DNA of 64,000 nucleotides from a virus (Duplodnaviria; Caudoviricetes): IMG/VR virus record IMGVR_UViG_3300031867_000032, positions 17,496 to 81,495 of that record; one strand, 5' to 3'. Shown piece by piece: positions 39,504 to 49,743 of this stretch (position 1 is its first letter; each line of letters starts with the position of its first letter). The notes under the pieces were generated by a model. It saw only the letters and a program-made list of their open reading frames with translations, ran no database searches and was not told where the DNA came from. The position numbers and the translations under genes were made by a program.

Positions 39504-40199
39504 ATGGCAAATCCAACAATTTCTCAAATTACAATAGGCAGTAATACTTATGATGTTTGTGATGCTACTGCCCGAAATTTGGCCACTCCTAAATTACTTT
39601 TTATAAACCTCGATTGATGTCATCGAAGTCAATTAAGTCATACATATTGATGTGGAAATCAATTAATTAAAGAAGGTAACTGACGCGGAAAATTATGACT
39701 CTTTTTTCAAGGACACGTTGATTTTAATGATGTAAATGGAAATGGCACCACTGAAACATGAGGTCAAATTCATGCTTTTATTAGTCATAGTAAGGGCCCT
39801 GCTGGAAATAACTATCATATTTTTCCAAATACACACGTTAGCAGTGATGACATAACTGAAGCTCCATACGTCGAATGATCATCTCAAAGAATAACTGTTC
39901 CAAAAAGTACAGGAGCATATCCAGCATTGCGTTTACAGACTGAATCTGTTTCTATTTATTCAAATCAAACTAATTTTTCATCTAGAATGACCACTTGTGC
40001 GTATGCCGCTTCTGGCGGAACCCGTGTATGAAGTATAAGTTATCATTCTAATGCTACTTTCTTCTATTTTCCTGCAAGTATTGAAGATAACACCACTATA
40101 TCTCAAGGAGCAACTACAATAAGTAGCTCTGCTTCAGAAGATGGTTCTAATGGCAATCCAGAAACTAATTTAGTCCATTTTATAGCTAGTTATTCATAA
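39504..40199 (+). CDS. Fibre-family protein with shared N-terminal motif, 231 aa in code 4 (absent from ORF track)
   Basis: AAGGA RBS; MANPTISQITIGSNTYDVCDATAR; seven TGA; TAA at 40197. Confidence 0.72.
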
Positions 40200-40332
40200 T
40201 AAGAGGGTATTTTCTATTTAATTAAATAAATAAAATTTTATCTATTTTAGATTGAAAGAATTAAATCTTCATTAAAATTTAATCTGAAATAAAAACCTTT
40301 TTTAAAAATAGTATGAAAGAAGGTGTTGCTCT

Positions 40333-40581
40333 ATGGATATATCTCCTTATCTAGGAACTATTATATCAGTAATTATTACTGCTGGAGCAACATATGCGGC
40401 TTTTGCTTCAAGACTTGCTCGCATTGAAACTCTTTTAGATAAATTAGAAAAAGGTATTGATCGAGATAATACTCAAGTTATATCAATAGTCGAAAGGACA
40501 TATAAATTAGAAAGTGATACTAAAACTATGTGAAATCGCATTGATGAATTAAGACTTGATTTAAAACAAATTAGAAATTAA
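40333..40581 (+). CDS. Small membrane protein, XhlA/holin-like, 82 aa in code 4
   Basis: N-terminal TM helix (GTIISVIITAGATYAAF) plus coiled coil; TAA at 40579. Confidence 0.6.
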
Positions 40582-40595
40582 GAAAGGAGTAAAGC

Positions 40596-41435
40596 ATGGA
40601 TGAAGAAATTCTAACCCCTTCTGAAGAAGAAATCACTCCTTCTGAGGAAGAAACCGTTCCTTCTAATGAAGAAACTGTTCCTACCGAAGAAGAAACTCCT
40701 GTTGATGAAACTCCAACAGAAGAAGAAAATGTCCCTGCGGAAGGTGAGTCAGAGGAAGACTATGTTGAACCTCCTTATTACGCAGGATACCGAATTTTTG
40801 CTGAAAATGGTCGCGAAATTACAGATCCAGATTTAACTTTAGGTTATCTTGTAAAAGATCATTTAACTATTAACCATCCCGCAATTCCAGCAAAATATCA
40901 TTATAAAGTTCGACATGTAACTTTAACCGATGGAACAGATTTTTATCCAGAGGATAATGATCCCCGCATCAACATGCCAGATAATCAGGTTCCTAGTTGG
41001 AGTTATGTTGCTCCCGAACCGGAATCTATTATCGAACAATACGTTGATGAAGATGGTCAAATTCAAGATCGAGTAATAACTATACCTGCTCCAACAGTAA
41101 AGAATGCTTCTGTTGCTTATATCATTGACGCTCCTGCTGTTGAAGCTTATGATGAAATTGAAACAATTTATCATTATATTCTTTATACAGAAAAAGAATT
41201 AGCTAATAATGCTTTCTTAGCAGAAGGCCCTGTTCGCTTAGATGGCGCAGAAGAGTCTATTAATGATATTACTGAAGTTGTAGCTGACCTTGCAGGTAGC
41301 GATATTGAAGATCGCGTTGATAATGCAGAAGAACGTCTTACTACAAATAAAGAAGCTTTAGATGAACTTCTATTAGTAGTAGCTGATATTCTTGGTGGCG
41401 CGACCGAAGAAGAAGAAGAAGAAGAACCAGTTTAA
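40596..41435 (+). CDS. Acidic virion-associated protein, 279 aa
   Basis: Intact ORF; N-terminal (T/V)PSEEE repeats; PDLTLGYL...HPA...AYDE...YILYTEKEL. Confidence 0.7.
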   Translation: MDEEILTPSEEEITPSEEETVPSNEETVPTEEETPVDETPTEEENVPAEGESEEDYVEPPYYAGYRIFAENGREITDPDLTLGYLVKDHLTINHPAIPAKYHYKVRHVTLTDGTDFYPEDNDPRINMPDNQVPSWSYVAPEPESIIEQYVDEDGQIQDRVITIPAPTVKNASVAYIIDAPAVEAYDEIETIYHYILYTEKELANNAFLAEGPVRLDGAEESINDITEVVADLAGSDIEDRVDNAEERLTTNKEALDELLLVVADILGGATEEEEEEEPV

Positions 41436-41455
41436 AGGAAAGGTAGGTAATTATT

Positions 41456-41623
41456 ATGGTTACACGTAGTGCTTATAAAATTATCAAACGTGCTGTTATC
41501 CTTCGCATTAATCGTGGCGAGGATCCTATTGAGGTAATCGATTCTTATCCTAAGCTTTCTGACACTCAGCGTGCACAGATGCTAGTCGAGCTTCAGGAAG
41601 AGGGCATTATTGCCGGTGAGTAA
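41456..41623 (+). CDS. Small hypothetical protein, 55 aa
   Basis: AAGGTAGG RBS; MVTRSAYKIIKRAVILRINRGEDP...; biased codon usage. Confidence 0.65.
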   Translation: MVTRSAYKIIKRAVILRINRGEDPIEVIDSYPKLSDTQRAQMLVELQEEGIIAGE

Positions 41624-41625
41624 TT

Positions 41626-41982
41626 ATGGATTTATCCGCAGTAACTAGCTATATCTCTCCTATCATTTTAATAGCATGCTTAGGAGTTGGATATACACTT
41701 CATACTTTAAATAATAAAATATTAAATAGTTTTATTCCTGTTATTTCTGCTTCTCTTGGAATAACTGCCGCTGTTTGAAGTCTTGGAATGTTTGACCTTC
41801 CCACTATCGTAACTGGTATGATTAGTGGACTTGCGGCGACTGGTATGTATGAAGCCTTTAAAAATATTTTAGGTTTACCGCAAACATATGCGGCTGCTAT
41901 GGCATTACCAGAAATTCCTTACGGAGAAGTCTTAGAAGATACTGATGATTCTCCTCGTGGAGAACACTTCGCAAAGGAGTAA
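41626..41982 (+). CDS. Holin, 118 aa in code 4
   Basis: Three hydrophobic helices, IVTGMISGLAATGMYEAFK holin motif, directly upstream of endolysin; one TGA. Confidence 0.8.
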
Positions 41983-41984
41983 AT

Positions 41985-43514
41985 GTGAAAGAACCCGTCA
42001 TTGATGTTTCACATTGAGACGGTACAGTAGATTACGCCTCATGGATTGCTAAACACAATCTATGGGGCGTTATTGTCAAATGTGGCGGCAATGAAACAAA
42101 ATTAGGTCGCTATACTGACTCTCAATATGAAAATAATTACAAACGTGCAAAGGCCGCAGGTCTTCATGTTGGTGCGTATTATTATACTGTTTGCACTTCT
42201 GTAGCAGAAGCTAAGAAGGACGCAGAGCATGTTATTGGACTATTACAAGGTCATGATTTTGATATGCCAATTTATATGGATGTAGAAGATCCTCGTCAGT
42301 TTAAACTTTCAAAACGTGAATTAACTGACGTAATTAAAACTTTTTGTGATGCTTTAATTGATGCTGGATATTATGCAGGTCTTTATACTGGTGGGTATGC
42401 TTGATTAAATAATATGTATAAAGATGAATTAGATGATTATGCTAATTGAATTGCTTGATGGCGAGCATCTTGGCCTACAGAAGCTGGCCCTATCGGTTTA
42501 TGGCAACAAGGTACAAGACGTTTAAGTACTGGTGAAATTTATTATGATGATGTATCTGGTGCTACCGATTTTAGTTGATGCGTAATTGATTATCCTGCCC
42601 GCATTAAAGCTAATCAAAAGAAAGAAACTAACGAAAATAGTGATTCTAAGGAGTCAACAGTGGCAGATAACAGACTTACAAAATTCTGTAATATAATGTA
42701 TACTGCATGTGCTGAATGATCTCTTGGTTATGATCAATACAATCGTTGAGATATTCGCGATGGTGGTGAATGCGACTGTAGCTCATTAGTTATTTGAGCA
42801 GCACAACAAGCTGGATTTGATACAGGTTCCGCATCATATACTGGAAATATGTCTAGTAATTTTACAGCTCGTGGATGACAACGCATTCCCGCAGATTTAT
42901 CTCAAGCTAGACCTGGCGATATTTTATTAAATGATACTTACCATACTGCCGCAGTAATTTCTGGTTATGGTTGGGATGCTAAAATTGCACAAGCGTCTAT
43001 TGATGAACGTGGTCGTGCAACTGGCGGCTCTGAAGGGGATCAAACTGGAAATGAAACTAATGTAAAAGGTATTTATACCTACGGTCGTGGTTGAGATTGT
43101 ATTCTTCGTTTTACTGGAGAATCAACTTCCGGTGCAGATACAGACAATTATATCATTAAATTAGATGTTGACGGGGCGGGCGGCCCTGCGACAGTTAGAG
43201 CTTGACAAATTTCTCTAGGCACAGAAACTGATGGAGTTATTTCCGGTCAAGTTTATGATAGTAGAGATTATTTCTGAGCAATGAACGCAGTAACTTTTGA
43301 GCATAGTGGCTCTGCTTTAGTACGTGCTGTTCAACGTAAAGTTGGTGCAGACGTTGATGGTTACTGAGGTCCTGCGACTTCAAGAGCAATTCAAAACTTC
43401 TTAATTGAACATGGTTTTGATGTAGGCGACGCAGGAGCAGACGGTTACTTTGGAACTGATTCTGTAAAAGCTTTGCAACGTTCTCTTAATAGCTCTAATA
43501 ATCCTTGAAAATAA
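41985..43514 (+). CDS. Endolysin: GH25 muramidase + NlpC/P60 (Amidase_5-like) + peptidoglycan-binding repeats, 509 aa in code 4 (absent from ORF track)
   Basis: AAGGAG RBS, GTG start; IDVSH[W]DG, GAYYY, YMDVED (GH25); LGYDQYNR[W]...ECDCSSLV...GDILLNDTYHTA; LDVDGAGGPAT/VDGY[W]GPAT/ADGYFG repeats; about 14 TGA. Confidence 0.92.
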
Positions 43515-43517
43515 AAT

Positions 43518-43557
43518 AAAGGGGTATACTCTTGTGAGTATACCCCTCTTTTTTTTT
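43518..43557. terminator. Bidirectional terminator at convergence of late and replication arms
   Basis: ggggtatactc-ttgt-gagtatacccc flanked by A and T tracts. Confidence 0.88.
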
Positions 43558-44206
43558 ATCAATATTTTCCATAAATAAAAGCGTAACTGCCGCATTTTTC
43601 TCATGCTTTTTTAAATGTTTCTTTTGTAATACCTACTCTACTATTGGAGTTAATTAAATAAAAATATTCTAAATCTGATTTATAAATAACATAACACTCT
43701 CCATCATATCAATGTTCACCAATCCAAACAATAATAGGATAATTATTTTCAGAACATTGACATAGATAAGTAAAACCTTTGTTACTAATATCTTGAGCAG
43801 ATATAGGCCATTGTTCACCTGCTATATAAGCCATTGAAAAATTATAAAGCCACTCAGGTCTAATTTTACCTTCTTTTGGAACATCAGGATCATCTTCTTG
43901 TTCTAACATATCTCAATAAAATTGATCAATATCTACATCATATCCTAACATTTTCATTGCCATAAAGAAACAACTTGTACTATCTGTATCAGTAAAATGG
44001 CCTTGAATATCTCGTTCTAAATTTTGCGGTTGAAGCTCAGGCTGTTTTACTGTGCTTCAATCTACAGGCATTTCATAAACAATAGGTTCTTCTACATTTT
44101 CAATAGTAGGTTCTGTAGGTCTAAAAAGGTATCATCTAGCAAAAAGAATATAAATTATAGCGACAATAATAATACTTAAACTAAAACGCAGATTTCAATT
44201 TTTCAT
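43556..44206 (-). CDS. Membrane-anchored peptidase C39-like protein, 216 aa in code 4
   Basis: N-terminal TM helix; STSCFFMAMKMLG, PIIVWIGEH[W], VGITKETFKKA[W] resemble the C39-like fold. Confidence 0.5.
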
Positions 44207-44675
44207 CTTCTAAAATCCCTGCATATCCTAGACATATTGCATCCGCTTCATCCTCAGATGCAAATGATTTAAAATTATCTTCTACAAATTGTTTTGATTT
44301 TGCTTTTTGTTCAGCTCTAGTCCTACCAAATTTGATTCCATGTTTATTTTTAATTATACTACGTCAATGTGACGGAGTTAATTCTAAATTTTCAATTTGT
44401 TTTTGACGAGATCAATAAATAACCATTGCTTGAATCATTGCTAATTTTTTATATGTTTCTGCATTGTTTTGATATTGAATCCCTTCAAAATAAATTTTCT
44501 CAGGATGATAGGTTTCAATTAAAACATTAAATTCTCTGACAAAAGAATCTAATCTTTCCCCCATTGATTTATTGGCGGAGATTGAAAAATGACCAAACCC
44601 AATTAATTTTTTGTTATCAAAAACTGCTCAACCAGTTGTACGGCTAGCTTGGTCAAGTGCTAACGTCCGCCGCAC
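44181..44675 (-). CDS. ruvC: RuvC-like Holliday junction resolvase, 164 aa in code 4 (absent from ORF track)
   Basis: LALDQASRTTG[W]AVF, IYFEGIQ, LTPSH[W]R, DEADAICLG catalytic motifs; three TGA. Confidence 0.85.
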
Positions 44676-44677
44676 AA

Positions 44678-45154
44678 CTATGCACCTGTACTACCTAGGC
44701 CGCCACGAGCCTCATTTCCAAGAGAAGGAACAGAAATAAAATTAATCTTAGGTTGTTCCTCTTGGATGCGGAATTGACAAAGTCGAGTTCCTTTAGGAAT
44801 TGTAACATCACGTGTTGCTAATACAGGCATCATCCATTGATCATCATCACCATTGTATGTAGAGTCAATAACTCCAATACTATTGGTTTGAAGAATACCC
44901 CAACGTTTAAAAGTAGAACTGCGGGGAGCTAAAATAGCTTCATAACCAAGTGGCAATTCCATTGCAAATCCTAGAGGAACGTAATCTCGCGTTCCAGCTT
45001 TTAAGCACATTTCTTCTGCTGTATAGCAATCAATCCAACTACCCCAGCCTTCTTGAGAAAGTTCTGGAGTAGTACCATAATATTTAACTTTAATTGGAAC
45101 ACTTCCAACATTATGTAGCATATTTAAAAAATTATCAGCTTCTTCTTTACTCAT
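44678..45154 (-). CDS. dut: Trimeric dUTPase
   Basis: APRSS, GVIDSTYNG, RLCQFRI, RGGLGSTG motifs. Confidence 0.92.
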   Translation of the reverse strand: MSKEEADNFLNMLHNVGSVPIKVKYYGTTPELSQEGWGSWIDCYTAEEMCLKAGTRDYVPLGFAMELPLGYEAILAPRSSTFKRWGILQTNSIGVIDSTYNGDDDQWMMPVLATRDVTIPKGTRLCQFRIQEEQPKINFISVPSLGNEARGGLGSTGA

Positions 45155-45453
45155 TAATCTTCCTCCCAAGGTGATAGCATATCTACAGAAACAACTTTCT
45201 GCATATTAAATTCAATGTTATCAAGAGGAATATCAGGAGCTTTAGCATCATTAAATACTAGTACTACTTTGCAAATAAACCAAGATTCAACAATTTCTCC
45301 TTGACTTTTTCTCGTTCTTAGAGTCTGAGTCCAAGAATTTAAAATATAATCATTGTCATGAGCAAATTTTTCGTAAAAACGATGTAGTTCATTAGCATCA
45401 TTTTCATCTTCTACTCTAATTTCATTTGTTGATTTAATAAGATATTTAATCAT
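45154..45453 (-). CDS. Hypothetical protein, 99 aa
   Basis: Intact ORF translationally coupled to dut. Confidence 0.7.
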   Translation of the reverse strand: MIKYLIKSTNEIRVEDENDANELHRFYEKFAHDNDYILNSWTQTLRTRKSQGEIVESWFICKVVLVFNDAKAPDIPLDNIEFNMQKVVSVDMLSPWEED

Positions 45454-46174
45454 TAATAATCCCTTCTATAAGATTTTGTATATAAGAAATATTTATTTTT
45501 TCTTTTTCAGTATAAGGTATCCTTATTAAAAGAATATTATTATTTTGACAATAATTATTTTTAACCTTATCTCAATATTGATTATTCTTTAAAGACTGTG
45601 GATCATTCTGTCAACCAAAGAAATGCTGCTCTCCATCGTATTCAATAATTAAATTATATTGAGGTAAATAAAAATCAAATCTTAAAGGAACGTTATTATC
45701 AGAAACTAATCCTGGAAAAGTTTTTTCTTTAATAAAAGGAATTTTTAATTCTTCTAAAGATTGTTTTATTTTAAATTCACCCAACGATTGTAAACATCCA
45801 CAAGATTTTTTATTACCAAATAACAATTGATAAGCTGAAACTTGTATGATAGATCCGCAATCACATTCACATTCTCATATTCCACCTATGCCTTGTCCTC
45901 CAGATGAAATAAATTTTTTTACAGTTAATTTTCCAAAACGTTGTCCTGATAAATTATGACGATGTTCACCTAATTTATTTTTATGAAAAATACAATTATT
46001 TTCCCCACAAGTAGTTACTTTTCCAGAGGTTAAATCACCACCTCTTTTTAACACTTTATTTCCACAATCACATTGTAATTCTCATACAATTTTATTATTT
46101 CATCGTTCATCTGTTTTTCTTAAACAAAGTAAATGACCGAACCTTTGTCCAGTTAAATCTTTAAATCGGCCCAT
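45446..46174 (-). CDS. Putative free-standing homing endonuclease (two DLTGQRFG...CDCG repeats + Vsr-like nuclease), 242 aa in code 4
   Basis: DLTGQRFGHL...[W]ELQCDCG, NLSGQRFGKL...[W]ECECDCG, LRFDFYLPQYNLIIEYDGEQHF; five TGA. Confidence 0.75.
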
Positions 46175-46176
46175 TT

Positions 46177-46428
46177 TTACTCGCTGTTCATTTTTGCTTT
46201 TACAAACTCAAGTTGATTAGCCTGAGTTACAAAATGCTTAATATAATCCGCAGGTCCTCGATAATCAACTTCTACTTTTTCCTGCACACTATTAGAATAA
46301 TTTTTTATAAATTCAATAGACTCTTGCGGAATACTAAGTTGAGAAATTTTATGCATATCTCCATTATCAAGTACCTCAAAAATTTGAGTAAAATCAACTG
46401 GATTAGTTAGAACAATTAATTTATGCAT
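46177..46428 (-). CDS. Hypothetical protein, 83 aa
   Basis: Intact ORF with AAGGTG RBS, coupled to neighbours. Confidence 0.7.
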   Translation of the reverse strand: MHKLIVLTNPVDFTQIFEVLDNGDMHKISQLSIPQESIEFIKNYSNSVQEKVEVDYRGPADYIKHFVTQANQLEFVKAKMNSE

Positions 46429-46882
46429 TGCTAATCACCTTCTTTATATTTTCTACGTTTAAAACGGTATGATCTCAAAACGGAATTTGATAAAGTTTTA
46501 ATCCATGATCTTTACAATATTGTTGTTTAATTTGATCACGTTCTCGAGTTTCTTGTAATTTAGTTTCAGAATCTCATTCGCTATTAATGCTGCGGAAATG
46601 CTGAGCTCCATCACATTCTATTACGATATTATATTCTGGTAGGAAGAAATCAAATCTCATATCAAAATCATCAAATTTTTTCTGAACCTGATATTCAACT
46701 CCGATTTCATTAAAAATATCTGCGGCACATACTTCACCGCGAGATACTGAACAAGCAGCCCCGCAACCTTGTCTTGTTAATTCCTCTTGGGTAAGAATAA
46801 CAATATTGCCACACTCGCATTGACATAAATAATATTTACCGTCAATAGACAATACTGTTAGTTTTTCATATTGCGGATTCAT
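46421..46882 (-). CDS. Second Vsr-like endonuclease with CQCECG module, 153 aa in code 4
   Basis: LTVLSIDGKYYLCQCECG, MRFDFFLPEYNIVIECDGAQHF, RDQIKQQYCKDHGLKLYQIPF[W]. Confidence 0.7.
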
Positions 46883-47253
46883 TAAACTTCTACAATCATC
46901 CACTCAGCTTCAAAAAACATGAACATATAAACATCTTTAGTTTCATATTCTCGAACTCAAATTTCAAAAGCATCGTCTCCATGTTGGTATTGAATCGCAA
47001 GAATTTCCCCTCGTTCTTTTAAAACATCTTGTAATTCAATCACGCCTTTAGTAAATTGATTATCAGTAATATGAAACATGGTAAAGTCAGAACGTTCTTT
47101 ACACATTAACATAAATCAACGTTTTTGATTTTTTCCAAATCAATCGCCAATAACAGTTCAATTATGATTCATTGTGGCTTCATCTTGCGGAGGAAGCTGA
47201 GCCATGACTTGTTTATTTAGTTCATAAAGAGTACCCATTTCTACTTCTGCCAT
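46882..47253 (-). CDS. Hypothetical protein, 123 aa in code 4 (absent from ORF track)
   Basis: AAGGAG RBS; MAEVEMGTLYELNKQ...FEI[W]VRE...YMFMFFEAEWMIVEV; four TGA. Confidence 0.75.
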
Positions 47254-47282
47254 AAATTCTCCTTTCATCTTATTACTATTAT

Positions 47283-47311
47283 ATTATATCAAAAAAAATT
47301 TTCTCTGTCAA
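47283..47311 (-). promoter_or_regulatory. Consensus sigma70 promoter
   Basis: TTGACA-N17-TATAAT with extended TG. Confidence 0.88.
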
Positions 47312-47315
47312 TACA

Positions 47316-47352
47316 AAAATAAGGGGTAGACTACTAAGTCTACCCCATTTTT
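47316..47352 (-). terminator. Terminator downstream of nrdG
   Basis: ggggtagact-N4-agtctacccc with T tract on the minus strand. Confidence 0.85.
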
Positions 47353-47353
47353 A

Positions 47354-47830
47354 TTAACAAATTCTTTTAGCATATTGGTTAGAGCTAGCTAAAAATATTC
47401 CTAATGTTTCATCATAATAACTTGGTTTACCTGGAATAAATCTGCCAAATTTTATTATAATATCTTCATATAATGCTGTTAAATAGTCAGTTTGTGCACT
47501 TAATTCTTCTTCAGTATATCCTGTATAAATCACAATATCATCATTAGAATATTTTCTAAAGAATCTAATTAAATCATAAAGATCATCTTCAGAATCAAAA
47601 GGCTCTAATCCTTGACAGACAATTGCTTCTGTAATAGTATTCTTTAAATAAGACAACACAATTTTTTCAATTGAAATATTATGAGTAGGACTATTAGCTA
47701 AATTAGAATTTTGACAAACTCGCTGTCCGCATTCTTTATCACACTTAAAACCGCAATATGGAAATTCAATTACCATAGAAGGTTTTTTGTAATTAACAAA
47801 ATCTTCGTGAATTATACCTTTAATTTTCAT
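47354..47830 (-). CDS. nrdG: Anaerobic RNR activating enzyme (radical SAM, short form)
   Basis: CGFKCDKEC...CQN Fe-S motif, GLEPF, IVIYTGYT; adjacent to nrdD. Confidence 0.85.
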   Translation of the reverse strand: MKIKGIIHEDFVNYKKPSMVIEFPYCGFKCDKECGQRVCQNSNLANSPTHNISIEKIVLSYLKNTITEAIVCQGLEPFDSEDDLYDLIRFFRKYSNDDIVIYTGYTEEELSAQTDYLTALYEDIIIKFGRFIPGKPSYYDETLGIFLASSNQYAKRIC

Positions 47831-49733
47831 TTAAATTATCCCATTGACGTAGATTAAATTCTGCTTTACGTTGTTTAGAATAGCTGCGTGTTGGTGTGTA
47901 GAACCCAACTACGCGAGTATATTCAGTTTCGACTGGTTCGCCGCAGTCTGGACAAGTTTTACCGTAGAAGCTATGATAATTTTTACATTGAGCTACTTTA
48001 CCATTAAATGCAAAATAAGTAACACCTTGTTGTGCCACCCAATTAAGCATACGCCAAGCTTGATCTGAATTAGCAAATGGTGCATCTATATTAATATGTT
48101 CAATTGATCCACCATTACAATAACTATCAAATGCCGCACAAATTTTTGTTCTCTCTTGGATTGTAGCTTTAATTCCAAGAGGAATCCATTGATTACCATA
48201 TAGAGGAAGGTCTTTTACAACCCGCTCAGAGTATAAATACTCATCTGCTTTTTGTAGCTTGACAGCTGCTTGTTCCGCAGGAACCTGCTCAATATTAATT
48301 TTATAATCTTTATCTAAAGCAAAGTTATCAATACAATTTTGAATTACCTTAAAAATACGTTGACCAAGATCATATGCTTTATCTGTATAGCTATAATTTC
48401 CAAAGTCATCTACTTCTGTATAGCCAAAAGTTTTCATAGTTTCAAAAATACCATTTACTCCAACAGTAGAATACATAGCATCAAGATTCATTAGGCCGCA
48501 AGAAATATTGGGTAACAAACCTTTTTCAACATTGCGGGCAATAATATGACGTTGAACATCCAGAATCTTTAGATTAAGTTCAGTTAAATCGCGAAGTTTA
48601 ACTAAGAATTCTTGTTCATTTTCGCTTTGATAAGCAAGACGTGCGATATTAAGAGTAGATACTTTAACAGAACCTACTTCAAGAGCTGTGCCACCAATTG
48701 AATTGAAATAAAGGTCTGTAATATCGCTTTTTAGACGGCAACAATTTGAAAGACTATTCACTGTAGAATCAGTAAAGAAATTAAAAATATTCCACTTTAA
48801 AGAAGCATCACTAGCCCATCTCGCGAACTCTTCATCTACAAATTTACCATCTTGATAAAGCAGAGAAGCTGTAAGAACAGGGAAGGTAAAAACATTCTCT
48901 TCACGAATTTCATTAACTACATCAACAAAATCTTTTTGGAATGCAATAATTTCCTCTTCCTCGTCAATCATAAAACTGCCATCTGGAAATTCTCCACCAC
49001 CAAAAATAGCTTCAAAATAAGGATGATCAAATACACTTACATTAGTAAAAGCAGCTTGATCAGAGCGTACCCATGGCTGATTTAAACGATGGATAAGAGC
49101 TTGAATCTGTTGTCTCTTATAAGTCTCAGGATCTTTCGTATAATATCCTTGAGCTACATCTCGACTCCAAAAGTAGTAAAGATATGGAATTAAATTGGGT
49201 AAACCGCAAGCTCCTGATTGTCTGCGGCTAAGGAAAGCAATTGCTTCCATTAAAATCTGAACAAAACTATCAAGATGCTTTGCGGGTTTAGCATTATAAC
49301 CTTGAATAAAGAATAGACCTTTTTCTACTATTGGTTTAATATCATAAGCAAAACAATAAGGAACTAAAGTTGCAGTATTAAAATCATGCATATAAATGCT
49401 ATATGACCACATAGCTTCCATAGCTTCATTAGCAATTTTATATCCATATTTCTTATTAATTTCATAATAGAGTTTATTAAAAACAAGAAGTTTCTGGTCT
49501 GGTTTTGACATTTCAGATAGCAAGGTTACAATATCTTTTTGAGCAATATTAGCATTAGCATCGATAGAAGTATTGGCAACATTATCTGAATCAATAAATC
49601 CTTCAATAAAATCAGTAAAGCTAAGAGTTGCTTCGTCAAATCCTTGAAGCTCTAAGAATTCTTCTCCATATTTTTCAACCATTTTATTAAATTGGGTTTG
49701 AAAATTCTTATTTAATTTTACATTTAATTTCAT
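47820..49733 (-). CDS. nrdD: Class III (anaerobic) ribonucleotide reductase
   Basis: SNCCRL finger loop, EQVPAE, GGSIEHI, CPDCG zinc site, TRVVGF glycyl-radical motif. Confidence 0.92.
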   Translation of the reverse strand: MKLNVKLNKNFQTQFNKMVEKYGEEFLELQGFDEATLSFTDFIEGFIDSDNVANTSIDANANIAQKDIVTLLSEMSKPDQKLLVFNKLYYEINKKYGYKIANEAMEAMWSYSIYMHDFNTATLVPYCFAYDIKPIVEKGLFFIQGYNAKPAKHLDSFVQILMEAIAFLSRRQSGACGLPNLIPYLYYFWSRDVAQGYYTKDPETYKRQQIQALIHRLNQPWVRSDQAAFTNVSVFDHPYFEAIFGGGEFPDGSFMIDEEEEIIAFQKDFVDVVNEIREENVFTFPVLTASLLYQDGKFVDEEFARWASDASLKWNIFNFFTDSTVNSLSNCCRLKSDITDLYFNSIGGTALEVGSVKVSTLNIARLAYQSENEQEFLVKLRDLTELNLKILDVQRHIIARNVEKGLLPNISCGLMNLDAMYSTVGVNGIFETMKTFGYTEVDDFGNYSYTDKAYDLGQRIFKVIQNCIDNFALDKDYKINIEQVPAEQAAVKLQKADEYLYSERVVKDLPLYGNQWIPLGIKATIQERTKICAAFDSYCNGGSIEHINIDAPFANSDQAWRMLNWVAQQGVTYFAFNGKVAQCKNYHSFYGKTCPDCGEPVETEYTRVVGFYTPTRSYSKQRKAEFNLRQWDNLNEN

Positions 49734-49743
49734 AAACTACTCC

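Noticed and set aside
436-43514. Fragmented ORFs as pseudogenes, frameshifts or assembly errors
   Set aside because: Fragments stay in one frame, the interruptions read were all TGA, they fall at Trp positions, and RBS/start/TAA-TAG boundaries are clean.
436-43514. TGA as Gly (code 25) or selenocysteine
   Set aside because: TGA aligns with TGG in the duplicated Hint domains and occupies conserved Trp motifs; the density is far too high for Sec and no Sec machinery is seen.
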